A stretch of 64,000 nt of DNA from Eledone cirrhosa. Taxonomy: Eukaryota. The stretch covers positions 94,240,001-94,304,000 of the forward strand of contig OZ024745.1 in NCBI GenBank assembly GCA_964016885.1. The letters are read 5' to 3'. Below the pieces are notes generated by a model, which did not search any database, was not told the DNA's origin, and saw only the letters and a program-made list of their open reading frames with translations. Shown here in pieces: positions 1 through 12,233 of the stretch; within the stretch, counting starts at the first letter, position 1; each line of letters opens with the position of its first letter. Both the position numbers and the translations under genes were made by a program.

Positions 1-49
1 AAACAAACATGTTGTCCACAGCGGTGGTAATTTTCCTAGTTGAAATTTA

Positions 50-798
50 TTGAACTATTGTTGCCTGAAGTCTGTATACGAATGCTCTAGTATTTGTGTT
101 CGGATAAATGGTGCTCAGTCGAACCCATTAAATATGAGTGCCGGACTCCACCAAGGGCGGAGACTACCCCCTCTCCTGTTTATAATCGTTATGATCAGGA
201 TTGACATGTGCTGTCGTGTTAGAAGTGGTATCATGACTGACAGGTGAAGGATCAGGCGGAAGGTGATCTCCGACATGCGCTTTATAGGTTTGCTGTCGAG
301 TGCTTCACCGCAAGAATAAAAACCAGTAATGTTTTTATTCAGTCAGTTTCCAAAGAATGCCTGCCCAGTGCACACTACATGTGAGTGGAGTTTCCTGACC
401 AAAAGAATACAATCTCAAATACAAGTGACCGAAATTGCGTCCCCCCTAGGGTATTTGGAGTAACGTTCCTCGATAGAATGCGTAACTCGGAGATCAGAGT
501 GTCGTTGTAGATAGAGCCGCTTCTTTTCCGAATTAAGAGATCACAGCTCCGATACTATGGACATGTGGCTAGAATGTCTCAGGAAAGAATTGCTGGATAG
601 GTTTTACCGGCAAAACCAACTGGCATGAGACCCATTGGTAGAACGAGAGAAAGATGGTTGAATAACATCCATGAACTAGACTGGTCACTTTTTAGGATCC
701 AGCCGGATCAATGGGAAAGAGTTACTTTTGACAGAGAGGCGTGTTTGAGGACTTTGCTCCCACGGTCCTTCCAACAATAAGCAGCAAAGAAGAAGAAG
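50..798 (+). mobile_element. Decayed 3' fragment of an RTE-type LINE (RT C-terminal part)
   Basis: ORF 50-247 has an RT-like segment (GLHQG..PLLFIIVM). Downstream frames resemble RTE C-termini (QLRYYGHVARM, RPIGRTRERW). Ends in a short (AAG)n tail. Confidence 0.55.
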
Positions 799-2185
799 CT
801 TTTTCAAATTTGGTACAGTTTAACTTCACATTTGCACAGGTGCTGGCCCTCTAATTTGGCAGCTTACAATGAAGATCGAATCGAATAGTTTCGTCTTTCA
901 TAAATCACTCATCAGAGATTATTTATCGCGACATTCAAGCTGCCAAAATAAAGAAGTTTAGAGATTCATATGGAAATGTAATCATATTTATAAGAATTTA
1001 AGAATGTGTCAGTTTATATAATGTTACAACGTTGAATATTAGTAATTAATAACTAAAATACTTGCTTCATAAGCATACCTTTTGTGTGGCGAAATTATGC
1101 TGTGGTTAAATCATATTTGTCATAATTTTGTTTATATTTGTTGTGTAACTATGATGCTTCTTTACTTTCGCATATCTAAGACTGATGAGAGGAAGGGTAA
1201 AATGTATTCTCTGACGAGGGAGCTTGTCCAAATACTTGCAACAGGATCGACTTAGCCAAAGGCTCCCAAGGTCAAGGTGGTGGTGTAAGAACATGTTAAA
1301 AGACATTTAATCTTATGTCCAAATAATTCCACTATCTACCACTCTGAACCAGTATTTTATTTTATCAACTCCGAAAGGCTGAAAGGCAAAGCTGACTTCG
1401 GCAGGATTCGAACTCAGAAGTAAGTTGGGATAAATACCTGAAGGTATTTTGTTTCATTCAATAACGACTCTGCCAAATCATTGCCATAAGAAAAAAAGTA
1501 ATGAACTCATTAGGGAATGTAACCTGCGATAGTCTGGCGCCTATTCTGGTATTCTGGTATTCCACGAGGTTTAGCAGACATTTTACACATTGCCTGTTTG
1601 TCTGATTTTACTTCAACTGTAATTCTCATTGACAAAATTCAGATATCTTCGAGTTTAATTTTGTTTCCCATTATTTTTGTTGTTTTTTAATTATGTAAAC
1701 ACAGAATCTTGTCCTCGGGGGTACAACAGAGATGTACCGCGCAGCCAAACATATAAACTTTGCTTCTTCCTTCTTCTTCCTATAAAAATCATTGTTCTCC
1801 TTTCCCCTTTAAATGTTTCTCCCTTTTTTTCTCTATCTGTTAAAATCTGCCAATTATTCTAAAAACATTCAACGTAACATCGAAATCTATTTATATAGAA
1901 CGTTTCTGGAGTTCACAAGAGATTAGGTCGTGTTAAGTGTAGTAAATTAGTTTCAATGGAGATCACGTAGTTGGTTTTCTAGCATCTTAACTCTCGCACA
2001 GAATTGTTTACAAATGTATTATTTCTAATATTAATAATAATGCTATTTCTAGTATTACATGTATTCAGAATAATCCAGTAGCAAACATCAAAGCGTAACA
2101 AATATCCTTCCAGCGAATCTAAGTAGAAACCTAGTTTCCATTCCAAATTTGCCTCGTTCTTTCTTCCTTTCTTTCTTTCTTTCCT

Positions 2186-2221
<36 letters not shown>

Positions 2222-2405
2222 GCTCTCTTTCTTTCTTTCTTTCTTTCTTTTTGCATTGTCGATCACATTTTCTATCTTACATAAATGTCAGAATGGCAAA
2301 GAAAAAACAGACTTAAAAATATATATAATATTGTTTGTAAATACGTAAGTACACATACAAATACACACACACAGGGTCACAAACGCATGCATGCGTGCGT
2401 GCATG

Positions 2406-2454
<49 letters not shown>

Positions 2455-3059
2455 TGGTAGTTACGAGTTAAACTAGTATGATCATATTCAGCTAAGTTCT
2501 TGATATTTCGGAAAGTAGAGTGTATGTAGGGAACAGTTAGTGCCCGTCGACTGAGCTCGCATCGTTTCAACGGCGAGTGGATAACTGAATTATTTGTTCA
2601 TTTTCAGCTATTTCCATCCGCTGTTTCTTCAAGGGCCGGGATATGTGGTTAAAAGGATGAGTTAGGCGAGGAGGGGGTAAAAGTTTCTTAGTGAACTATT
2701 GGGGGTTTGCTCGGGGTTTATCCATGGGTCTCTTGTCGATTGGTTTTAGCCGTATAATCTGTCCAACGATTCCTTTCTGAGATATTCTAATTACATGACA
2801 ATTGCCTAGAATATTGTTGCCCATACTCTTCACCAACGCCATATAAAATTGAAGGGATTACGTTCCGCTAATCATATTTCCTGGATAATGTAGAACAGTG
2901 AGCCCCCGGAAACTTTCTAGATGCCAGATGCCTAACCTTTTTTTAAATTTCACGCAAGACTGCAGTTTCACCAACGAGACCACACTCCCTCACTGTCTAG
3001 GACCCCTTGCAATATGTTTTTTTATAGACATATTGCAACATGGTGAACTGCATATGAAC

Positions 3060-3200
3060 TGCAACATGGTGGAGTGGTTAAGAAGTTCGTTTCGCAACCA
3101 TGAGGTTCCAGTATCGTTCTCATTGCATGGAGTCTTGGACAAGTGATTTTTACAATAGTCTCGAAGAGTCGGAAACTCTGTATAAACTGTTCCGATGGAT
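3060..3200 (+). mobile_element. tRNA-derived SINE, second family (related copies at about 4370-4550 and 22530-22650, minus strand)
   Basis: A-box-like TGGTGGAGTGGTTAAG head and similar reverse-complement copies elsewhere in the window. Diverged. Confidence 0.5.
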
Positions 3201-4028
3201 TGTACCAATAAATCAAAAGTCTAGTCTTATCACATAATAACGGACCTGTCAATTCTCCACGTCCGACGGGGAGATCTCCCACCCACTTTGGGGTGGGTGA
3301 GAGATGTCTTCTCTTGTGAAAATGGGTATAATTTTCATTATGTAAAATCAAAACATGTCACATTTAATTAAGTTTGTAATAATTCTGTTTGCATTTCTAA
3401 CAAGAAGCTGTAGTTTTTCAACCTTTCTGAAAAGTGAGATAAATGATCCCTGATGAGTCTTTCATGAATGATGAAAAAAGTAAGGTTCAGTTCTCACTTC
3501 ATAATGTTGAACTTATATGGTTTAGCTCACGGGTTATATTTTCACCGGCAAACCAAAGATGTGGGTTCGTGTCCCATGTACGTCAATACTCATCCTTTTT
3601 TCCATTCAGAGGATTTAACAAAAATCCCAACTAACAGACTACCTCATTTTCAAAATTATCTAGCCATTTGTAAACAAAGCCTGCTTTGTGTCTCCCTATT
3701 TATTTATAACTAGATATATGTTTATTAAACACACTGCATATACGACATATTAATACATTAGATAATGTAGTCTTGCTTACAAAATATTTGGAAAAATAAC
3801 ATGATGGGTAATTTAGAGCGGACGTGGGGTTAAGCTATAGTAACACCTCCACCATCTCAGCAGCCAACACCGTCAACGTCGCCATAACCCACGCCGCTGT
3901 CGCCATCGCCTAGTCACAGCCACCGTCACCATAGCCCATAGCGCTGCACCAACTGTCGCAGCTGTAGCTCCCACAAATAACAAAAATGACAGGAATGTGT
4001 GCGTGCGATCGTGTGTGTGGGTGTGTGT

Positions 4029-4081
<53 letters not shown>

Positions 4082-4554
4082 TGTGTGTGTGTATCTGTGT
4101 GTGTTTGTGTGAACACGTTATTGTTGTGCCAAGAAGAATTATATGTTAGTTACTCTAGTAACATATAAGACTAACTACTGTAAAGTATTTCGTCCTATAA
4201 TTTAATCATTCTAAGCAATTGACAACGTAAATACAAATAGAAGATGATAGATCCTCCGCCAATTTCGATGTTTAGCATTCAGTTGTTTGTTCAACTGAAC
4301 GTCCTACTCCTTCAATTAATGTATAAATGAATTCATAACATATTTCTAAAGTAAAATCAACGTCACACAATGTGACAAGGCTGGACTTGTGGATTAAAAG
4401 TACTTTCCATCTGATAAGTTTCCACAAAGTTTCCACCTAATTCCACTCACTGGCTTGGGTCGACTCAAGGCTATTATTGAAAACGTCCAAAATGCCACGC
4501 AATGCGATCAAACCCGGAAACTCATGGCTGCAAAGTAACCTTCTTAACCATTAA

Positions 4555-4755
4555 CCCTTTACATTACTCTATATTTACTATTTTATTTTCATGGTAAAGG
4601 ATTTACCTCACATAATATCAAATCAATGAGATTTTGATATTATTTAATTTGAGAACAATACCTTAACATCAATATGAGTGGTCAGTTACAGCCGGTTTGA
4701 ACAGAAAGAGGTGTGAGAATTCTAGCCAGATACGGCCGGTTTAAATGCTAATGGG
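4555..4755. mobile_element. Possible piggyBac-type MITE
   Basis: TTAA|CCCTTTACATT ... AATGCTAATGGG|TTAA: imperfect CCC/GGG termini flanked by TTAA on both sides. Confidence 0.4.
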
Positions 4756-4850
4756 TTAAGTGATGCATGAGTAATTGAAACTAGATGAAGTAAATTAAAA
4801 ATAAAATTGGGGAACAATCTCTAAGACTTTTGTTTTCAAATTGAATTGAT

Positions 4851-5038
4851 AATTGTTTCTACTTTAGGCACAAGGCCAGCAATTAACCAGTGCATTACTG
4901 GTACTTTATTTTATCGACCCCGTAAGGATGAAAGGCAGAGTCAACCTCGGCGGGATTTGAACTCAGATCGTAAAGGGACGTAACTATGCTGGAAAGCATG
5001 GCATCCGACCCTCTACCGATACTGCCAATCCACCGCCC
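4851..5038 (-). mobile_element. tRNA-derived SINE with MetaSINE-like central domain (main SINE family)
   Basis: Minus strand reads GGCGGTGGATTGGCAGTATCGG (A box), GAGTTCAAATCCC (B box), then GCCTTTCATCCTTACGGGGTCGATAAAATAAAGTACC and a GTAGAAACAATT tail. Many near-identical copies in the window. Confidence 0.85.
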
Positions 5039-5507
5039 TTGATAATTGAATTGATAATCATTGTCTGTTATCGAGCAGATATATAGGGATTTAGTAGTTA
5101 AATTTAGATGCTTCTAGTCGTTTCGAAATTCAAATAACCAAACCAGAAAATCAACTCTAGCTTCCAGGTGAAGAAAGAAAGGCGGTGATGAGTGGAAGGC
5201 TGAAGTTGAGTAAAATGGCGAGGATGAGGAGAAGAAGGTGGGGGAAAATTAGGATAAAGATAAGTGACCAATTGAGTGTTTTATTTATTGGACGGTTTGA
5301 TGGGTGGGTGATTATTTAAATGGGAGAAATTTAATCCGATGCTTAGTTCGCAAATTTCACCGAGAAGAAATAGGATTAGACAACAACTAAATATACAACA
5401 GTCAGAGCTAGCCGATTAAATATGATATCGATCTTCTTATCTAAAACTTCAAGGTCTGTTGCTACATTGTAGTCAAAGTAAAGATATTTAAGAACACATC
5501 CAGAGTA

Positions 5508-6330
5508 TTGGTTTCTGATTTAGGTACAAGGCCACCAATTTGAGGGTAGGAGAAATCCGATTAAATCGACCATAGTATATTACTGATACTTTATTTTGTC
5601 GACCCCGTAAGGGGATTTGAACTCAGATCGTAAAGGGGCGTAACCTTATGCCATAAAGCATATTGTCCGACGCTCTACCGATTCTGCCAATCTACCGCCT
5701 TAGAGTAATATTAATAGTGGTTTCTTATATAGGCACAAGGTCAGCAATTTTGGGGGAAGGGACAGTCGATTAAATCGACCCCAGTGCGGGACTGGTACTT
5801 TATTTTATCGACCCCGTAAGGATAAAAGGCAAGCTAACCTCGGCAGGATTTGAAATCAGAACGTAAAGCGCCGTAACTCTATGCTGCATAGGAAGTTGCT
5901 CGACGCTCTACCGATACTGCCAATCTAGCACTGTTAGAATAGTATTAACAGTGGTTTCTACTTCCTGCACAAGGTCAGTAATTCTGTGGGCGCAAGGGAA
6001 CGTCGATTACACTAACCCCTGTACTTAACGAGTACTCGAGCTCAATAGGATTTGAACTCAGCCGGAAGAAATATTGTAAAGCATTTGTCCGATGTTCTAA
6101 CAACTCTACCAGCCCGCTCCCAGATTAGTATTAATAATTCTTTCTAGCATTTTAATGGGGTCAGCGATGTAAGGGAAGGAGAAAGTCAATTATATTGATC
6201 CCATACTTAAATGGTAATTTATTTTGTCGACCTCGAGAAAATGAAGGGCAACGTTCACCTCGGTGGGATTTGAATGCAAAACGTAGACAGAACAAATGCT
6301 CTAACGACTCCACCAACACTCCGCCCTCTG
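5508..6330 (-). mobile_element. Four head-to-tail copies of the main SINE family
   Basis: Units of about 200 bp (CACAAGG...GATTTGAA...CCAA/CCGCC) begin near 5508, 5717, 5950 and 6140, with increasing divergence. Confidence 0.8.
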
Positions 6331-6584
6331 CCCTCAATATTATTAAGAATCAGATAGAAAATGTTTTCCAACAGAATAACCTACATTCAAGCTATTAGAA
6401 AGCACTATTCAATTTTTACGTAATGCCTCATTGTGTCTAGGAAGAAGAAAATAAAGTTCCGAGACGTTAATTTTTTTTACAAAAGGTGCGAGTGAGGAAA
6501 CAAATCTTTAATGCTCCAAGAAGTTACACATTTTCATAGGTACAATTAATAGATGTCCGTATATATATACATATATATATATAC

Positions 6585-7536
6585 ATATATATAAAACTGA
6601 AATTGTCTGTGTGTATGTGTGTCCCCTAATTTTTGCAAAGTCTATACAAATCCACATTTCTACTCCGATTGACTTCAATTTTCTGTTGTTAAAGGAGTGT
6701 TAGGTGCCGGTTATCGATCTCTCTCTCTTTCTTAGTCTGTCCTTTTAGATACATAGCTATAATGTCGCACCCTTATAATATCTGTCTGTATGCCTGGCTG
6801 TCTGCATTACGACATTATGAATACATTGTTCTCATTGCTGACGTATTATCTTCGCCATTTTCCGTTCATTGCCAGGGAACGTCTTCACGAACCAAAGTAT
6901 CGTCTTCTTGTTTTCCTTGGGTTGCAACGATTTTCGAAATATTTACTTCTGCGTTCACAGATTGATTTTTTTTTAGTTTCAGAAGATCTCGTTAAGGATG
7001 AAAGCAGCGATTCTTTAATCTGTTATTTTAATAGCACTTGAAACAGACAACCAGCGAACCATTCGCCGAACCGTGTCAGCTTTGCAATGTCTATCAACAA
7101 ATCCCAGGGTCAGACCCTAGCTGTTGCTGGTCTTCTTTTGGCAGAGTCATGTTTTTCATACGTTGGCTGCTCAAGACAAATATCTTTGCATATACCCGAC
7201 ACGGAAGAACAAGGAACATTGTGTACAAGGTGGTCTTACAATCATTGTTTAGGTAGACGAGAAGGGGATATACACGTTTGGCTGAAGAAGGACGAGACTG
7301 TGTTAGTAGTACGACCAACGGCTGCTATCACACCAACAGCAGCAAAAACAACAACAAAAGAAGAGAGGAAACGCAATTACATGCTTTTGAAAAATCTTAA
7401 TGGAAAATTATTTGCCTAAGCACAAAATGCAGACACCATCCCCAGGCCGAGTTATTCCATACTTCTCTGTACTGTTTCAGAAAAGAGGGATAAACATGCC
7501 AATTTATGTTTAGAAGCCCGAGCAACGCCGGGCTAG
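6585..7536 (+). mobile_element. Non-autonomous Helitron carrying a remnant of the Pif1-helicase C-terminus
   Basis: 3' hairpin CCCGAGCAACGCCGGG followed by CTAG|T at 7533-7536. Internal peptides MSINKSQGQTL and TRNIVYKVVL match the end of the Helitron at 45900-49613. The 5' end is approximate. Confidence 0.7.
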
Positions 7537-7610
7537 TATATATATATAGTTTCATCGCTCTACATGGCTGAATACAAGAAATGTAAATCTGAGTTTTACG
7601 AATATTAATA

Positions 7611-7795
7611 ATTGTTTCTACTTTAGGCACAAGGCCAGCAATTACCCAGTACATTACTGGTACTTTATTTTATCGACCCCGCAAGGATGAAAGGCAAAGT
7701 TAACCTCGGCGGGATTTGAACTCAGACTATAGAGGGACGTAACTATGCTAGAAAACATGGCGTCCAGCCCTCTACCGATACTGCCAATTCACCGA
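7611..7795 (-). mobile_element. Main-family SINE
   Basis: Near-identical to 4851-5038. Confidence 0.85.
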
Positions 7796-7883
7796 TTCGT
7801 TTGCAATTATGCAAACAACCTCTTAAACCATATGAGTAGAACAACCTCGTCATTCTTGCTCTTGTGTTGACATATAAACAGAA

Positions 7884-7925
7884 CGGCAGACACTAATGTT
7901 TCTGTGTGATCCTTCATCAGTACCG
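7884..7925 (-). ncRNA. Minimal hammerhead-ribozyme-like motif (stem II degenerate)
   Basis: Minus strand: CGGTA-CTGATGA-AGGATCACACA-GAAA-CATTAGTG-TC-TGCCG. Stem I CGGTA/TGCCG pairs and there is a GUC site, but stem II pairs poorly. Confidence 0.5.
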
Positions 7926-8099
7926 AATACTGCTTACCTGCCAACTGTCAGAGCTAGTCATGACTTGGATGTGGCCTGGCTCCCATAGACGCTAAGAGCC
8001 AAATCATTGTTCCGTAAAGACTCAATGGAAGTAAGATTCGGAAAAAAATATTCCAGAACAGACTCATGCAAGAATATTACAGAATTACAGAAAACAATA

Positions 8100-8875
8100 T
8101 CTATATATCTAAAACAGAGAATGTCTGTCTGTTCCCCTAAAACTTGAGAACCACCCAACCGATCTTTTTCAAACTTTACACATGTAATACTTATGGTCCT
8201 GTGAGTGTTTTGAGCAAAAGATATTTCAAATTATCAATGCCCTAGGGACCGCATTAAGCGAAAAACCACATATTTTAGGCTCTAAAGGCTTTTTTGAGGC
8301 ATAACGGAACAATAATCCAGGCAATTTCTTCAAAATTTGCATTACTTATATCGTTTAAAGTGTTTTGAGCAAAACAGATTTTCTCATTTTTTGCCCCAGG
8401 GACCGCATTAGGGGAAAAATCGATTTTTTAAAAACTTTGCATATGCATTACTTATGTTTCACACATTTTCTTGACTGAAAAAGATTTCAAATTTTTGCCC
8501 GGGGACCGTATTGTTTAGCATTTAAAAGTATTCAACTAAATTCCTTCATGCTCTCCACCACTGCAGTCCCACATGCTTACTGCTCTGTAACTATTGCTTC
8601 CATTGTACCATAGCACAACAAATACATGTTCAGTTTGTCGAATGCCTTTTTACTTAACCCTATCGTCTTGGCTTTCGTGGGTTGAACATTTTACTCTCAG
8701 GCACCCAATTAAGTTAAACCCCTGGTAATCTACGACGAATTTTTTTTATAAGCACAAAATGTAGACACCATCCCAGGCCGAGGTATTCCGTACTTCTCTG
8801 TACTGTTTCAGAAAGGAGGGATAAACATGCCAATCTATGTTTAGAATCCCGAGCAACGCCGGGCCATTCTGCTAG
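8100..8875 (+). mobile_element. Complete non-autonomous Helitron
   Basis: A|TCTATATATCTAAAA 5' end, and 3' hairpin CCCGAGCAACGCCGGG then CTAG|T. Inserted between A and T with no TSD. Confidence 0.8.
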
Positions 8876-9520
8876 TTAATTATAAAATGTAATGCACATG
8901 GCAATGTACAAAAGTAACCAGAATATACAAATATTACTTACGTTACTTGTTATACCTAAATCATACATATCCAGCCCAGAGAAAAAGATCCACCAATTAC
9001 CATAGAAATGGATTAAGTATATTCTTGGTTATTTTGTTAAAATTTTCTAAAATATGTACTAAACTTTATACGCGATGACTTAGATATACTCATCCTTTTA
9101 CTAGAAAGAAAATGAAGTTATAGCAATTATTGATCCGTTCAATGTGATTAGTTTATATTCTATCAGTCACAGTTATGGAATAGTGGCTATTCAATTTAGC
9201 TCAACACTTATATAACACTTGAAATAACCTGGCCTTATAGAAGTACTCAAATTTCTTATTCAGAACTATTATTTTATGTTAAATAAACTAACATAACCTG
9301 AAACATCAGGAACAGCCATGGATAATAAAGTTTCACCAACATACGCCAGTCTTAGTTATTGGTTACCATGAAAATTAAATTTATAAAGAGTCACTAAAAA
9401 TTTTGAGCCAAGGTTTATTCATACCTAAAAAGGAACTGGAAAAGAATTCTTGATGACTGTGTCATCTTATGGAGTGAAATGCTTGATAAAGTAGGGGAAT
9501 TTAAAGTTATATAAATACAT

Positions 9521-10720
9521 AGGCGGCGAATTGGCAGAGTCGTTAAGCCATCGGATAGAATGCTTTACTCATTGCACGATCTGAGTTCAAATCCCGCCAG
9601 CGTCAACTTTACCGTTCTTCCTTTCGCGGTCGATAAAAAAGTACCAGTCCAGTACTGGGGTCGATTCCTCCTCAATAGAAAAAAAATCTCCTTTGTTGAA
9701 ACCTGGATGGAGTTGGGGTTCGCCATGTTTAAAAGTGCCCTAGACACGCCGTATGACGGTGCCTCTACGACCCCACAAGGAGTTATGCAATCTTTATCCT
9801 ATCATTTTATATAAATACAAACATTTAATTTACAATGGAATTTAGAAAGTAAAAGACTCCTCAGCTAATTCCGACTCAAATCACATACTGCTATCTTAAA
9901 TAAAGAAGGGATGCATTATATAATTGTTTCTACTTTTTGGCACAAGGCCAGCAATTATCCCAGTACATTACTGGTACTTTATTTTATCGACCGCGTAAGG
10001 ATGAAAGGCAAAGTTAACCTCGGCGGGATTTGAACTCAGATCGTAAAGGGACGTAACTATGCTGGAAAGCATAATCCAACCCTCTACGGATACTGCCAAT
10101 TCACCGATAGTCCTTCTACGTACTCCCAAAACAAAGGATAGATATGGTTGAAATGTCTTTGTTCATAGGTCTCCTGGGCCAGAGTTAATCAGGGACTAAA
10201 CAACAGCAATAACATCAACAGATGACTCAGTTTTAATTCATCAAAAATGAAGAATACAAACCTAAAATAAGGAAGTTATTGCATGTTTAAACACTAAACC
10301 TGAGAGGGTTTCATATGTTTCCATTTCAGTATATATATACAAACATTATTATGGAAGACGGTGGATTGGCAGTATCAGTAGAGGGTCGGACGCCATGCTT
10401 TGACACATAGAGTTACGCCCCTTTCCATTCTGAGTTCAAATCCCGCCGAGGTTAACTTTGCCTTTCATCCTTTCGGGGTCGATAAAATAAAGTACCAGTA
10501 ATGCACTGGATAATTGCTGTCCTTGTGCCAAAAGTAGAAACAATTATTATGGAAGACGTATGGGGAAAATTGGCAGTATCAGTAGAGTGTCAGACACCAT
10601 GTTTTGCAGCATACAGATATGGTCCTTTGAGTTCTGAGTTCAAATCCCGCCGAGGTTAACTTTATCTTTCATGCACTGGGGTAATTGTTGGCCTTGTGCC
10701 AAAAGTAGAAGACAATTATT
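9521..10720. mobile_element. Cluster of main-family SINEs (about 9521-9665 +, 9922-10107 -, 10357-10545 +, 10560-10715 +)
   Basis: Same B box and central domain as the other copies. ATTATTATG(G/C)AAGACG recurs at about 10345, 10545 and 10715, bracketing the two tandem copies. Confidence 0.8.
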
Positions 10721-11083
10721 ATGCAAGACGTAAACATCCATTTTCCTCTTTAAAAATAACTCTGGACCTAAAATAAGTCATACAATTTCATTCCACAAGC
10801 ATACTTATAATGCACTATATGGTGAATCACCGACATTACCTCTATAATTACAAATGAAGTCAACCGCTTTAACATTTATAGTTACTTTTCAGGGCGTTGC
10901 ATTTTGTACTGGTGCTAATAAACCTGGCGAACGGATTTATTGTAATTAGGACAGCAAAGAACTCACGACTTTGTATTCAACGTTCATAGGCCTTAATACA
11001 GGCTTTTCAAACCAAAATAATATTATGTTATTATTGTAACAACAACCTTTAAAAGTACACAAGAAAAAACATAATGAAATATA

Positions 11084-11382
11084 CAGTGTACCCCCGGCAT
11101 TCGCGGTTCTGGTTATTCGCGGAATTCCCCTTAGAACCTAACTAATAATTGTTCGTGGAAACCACCGCCTATTCGCGGAATCGTATATATCCTCTGAGAT
11201 TTTTAAATAGTTTTTTTCGTGGCAATATATATTTTTTGACGCTTTTAAACGCTAAATTATTAATAACAATATACCGTATTTGCCGACCTATATTTTACGT
11301 TATGTTTTGACATTTATAGGCATGTTTATGGACCAGGTCCAATATTCGCGGTTTTTCACCCACGAATACCGGGGGTCAACTG
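11084..11382. mobile_element. Tc1/mariner (pogo/Tigger-like) MITE
   Basis: TIRs CAGTGTACCCCCGGCATTCGCGG and CCACGAATACCGGGGGTCAACTG, flanked by TA on both sides. Confidence 0.75.
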
Positions 11383-11746
11383 TATATTTATACATAATAA
11401 ATTGTATATCAAATGTGAGCACGTGTTGGCAAACATGATATTTCTTTACCAATATTTTTTACTTATAAATGATAAATTAAAACCAAAGTAAAAGATTCGT
11501 ATTTATTTAGAAACAACTAACGTGAATACGTCTGTACATTAAATCAATCAAGTGTAGAAAATATATACGAAATGAGGAGATTGCCAATCTGACCAGAGAT
11601 TATTGTTAGTATGACTTTCTTTGTTTCTGATGTAAAATTATTTTCAGGCAACCAATTTTCGTATTTTTGCTAATGAGAAAAGAAATATCTTTAATGTCTT
11701 ATATACATAAACGTTAAATCCTTGTAAGGATTCTCCAGTCAGCGAA

Positions 11747-12233
11747 TTACTTTGCAACTTTCTTTCTCTTCTCTTTTTTCCTCTTGAAAGGCCCAAGTCG
11801 CTTCATAACCATTATCACGCGCCACCATGACTGAATCCGAATGCTAGCTTTCAGCAATTTAGTTTCATAGTCTTTTTGCTTTTCTTCCTCTTTCTTTTGT
11901 CGATTATAATCATTTACAATAGTTTCATATTGGTTATAGTTTCGTAACATAATCAGTGCGTGTTCCCAAGTTTGGTTCCGAGCAAACTTTATTTGTTCTA
12001 GCTTTTTCGTGATCACTTCAACATCTTGTTCATAGCGATCCATCCAGTATTCCAGCATTTCTTCATGTTTACTTTGAGATCTTTTTAGGTATTGAGTAAT
12101 GGTTTCCGTTGCACTATCTTCTAAATTTATTTTTTCTCTGACTTCAGCAAGTTCCATTTTCAAATCAGAAAAGGAATCTTTTATTACATTCATTTTTTGC
12201 TCTACTTGCAGGTTGGTGTGTTTTGTTGTGTAT
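11747..12233 (-). CDS. IQCG: IQCG/DRC9 last coding exon (coiled coil, IQ motif, basic tail)
   Basis: Acceptor TTTTACAG| at 12235-12234. EMLEYWMDRYEQDVE and ASIRIQSWWRVIMVMKRLGPFK resemble the IQCG C-terminus. Phase matches the upstream donor. Confidence 0.88.

Noticed and set aside
4851-10720. Recurrent ~190-bp repeats as tRNA genes or a CRISPR-like array
   Set aside because: They have A/B boxes but no full cloverleaf, and carry a SINE body and tail. Spacing is irregular, there are no cas genes, and the context is eukaryotic.
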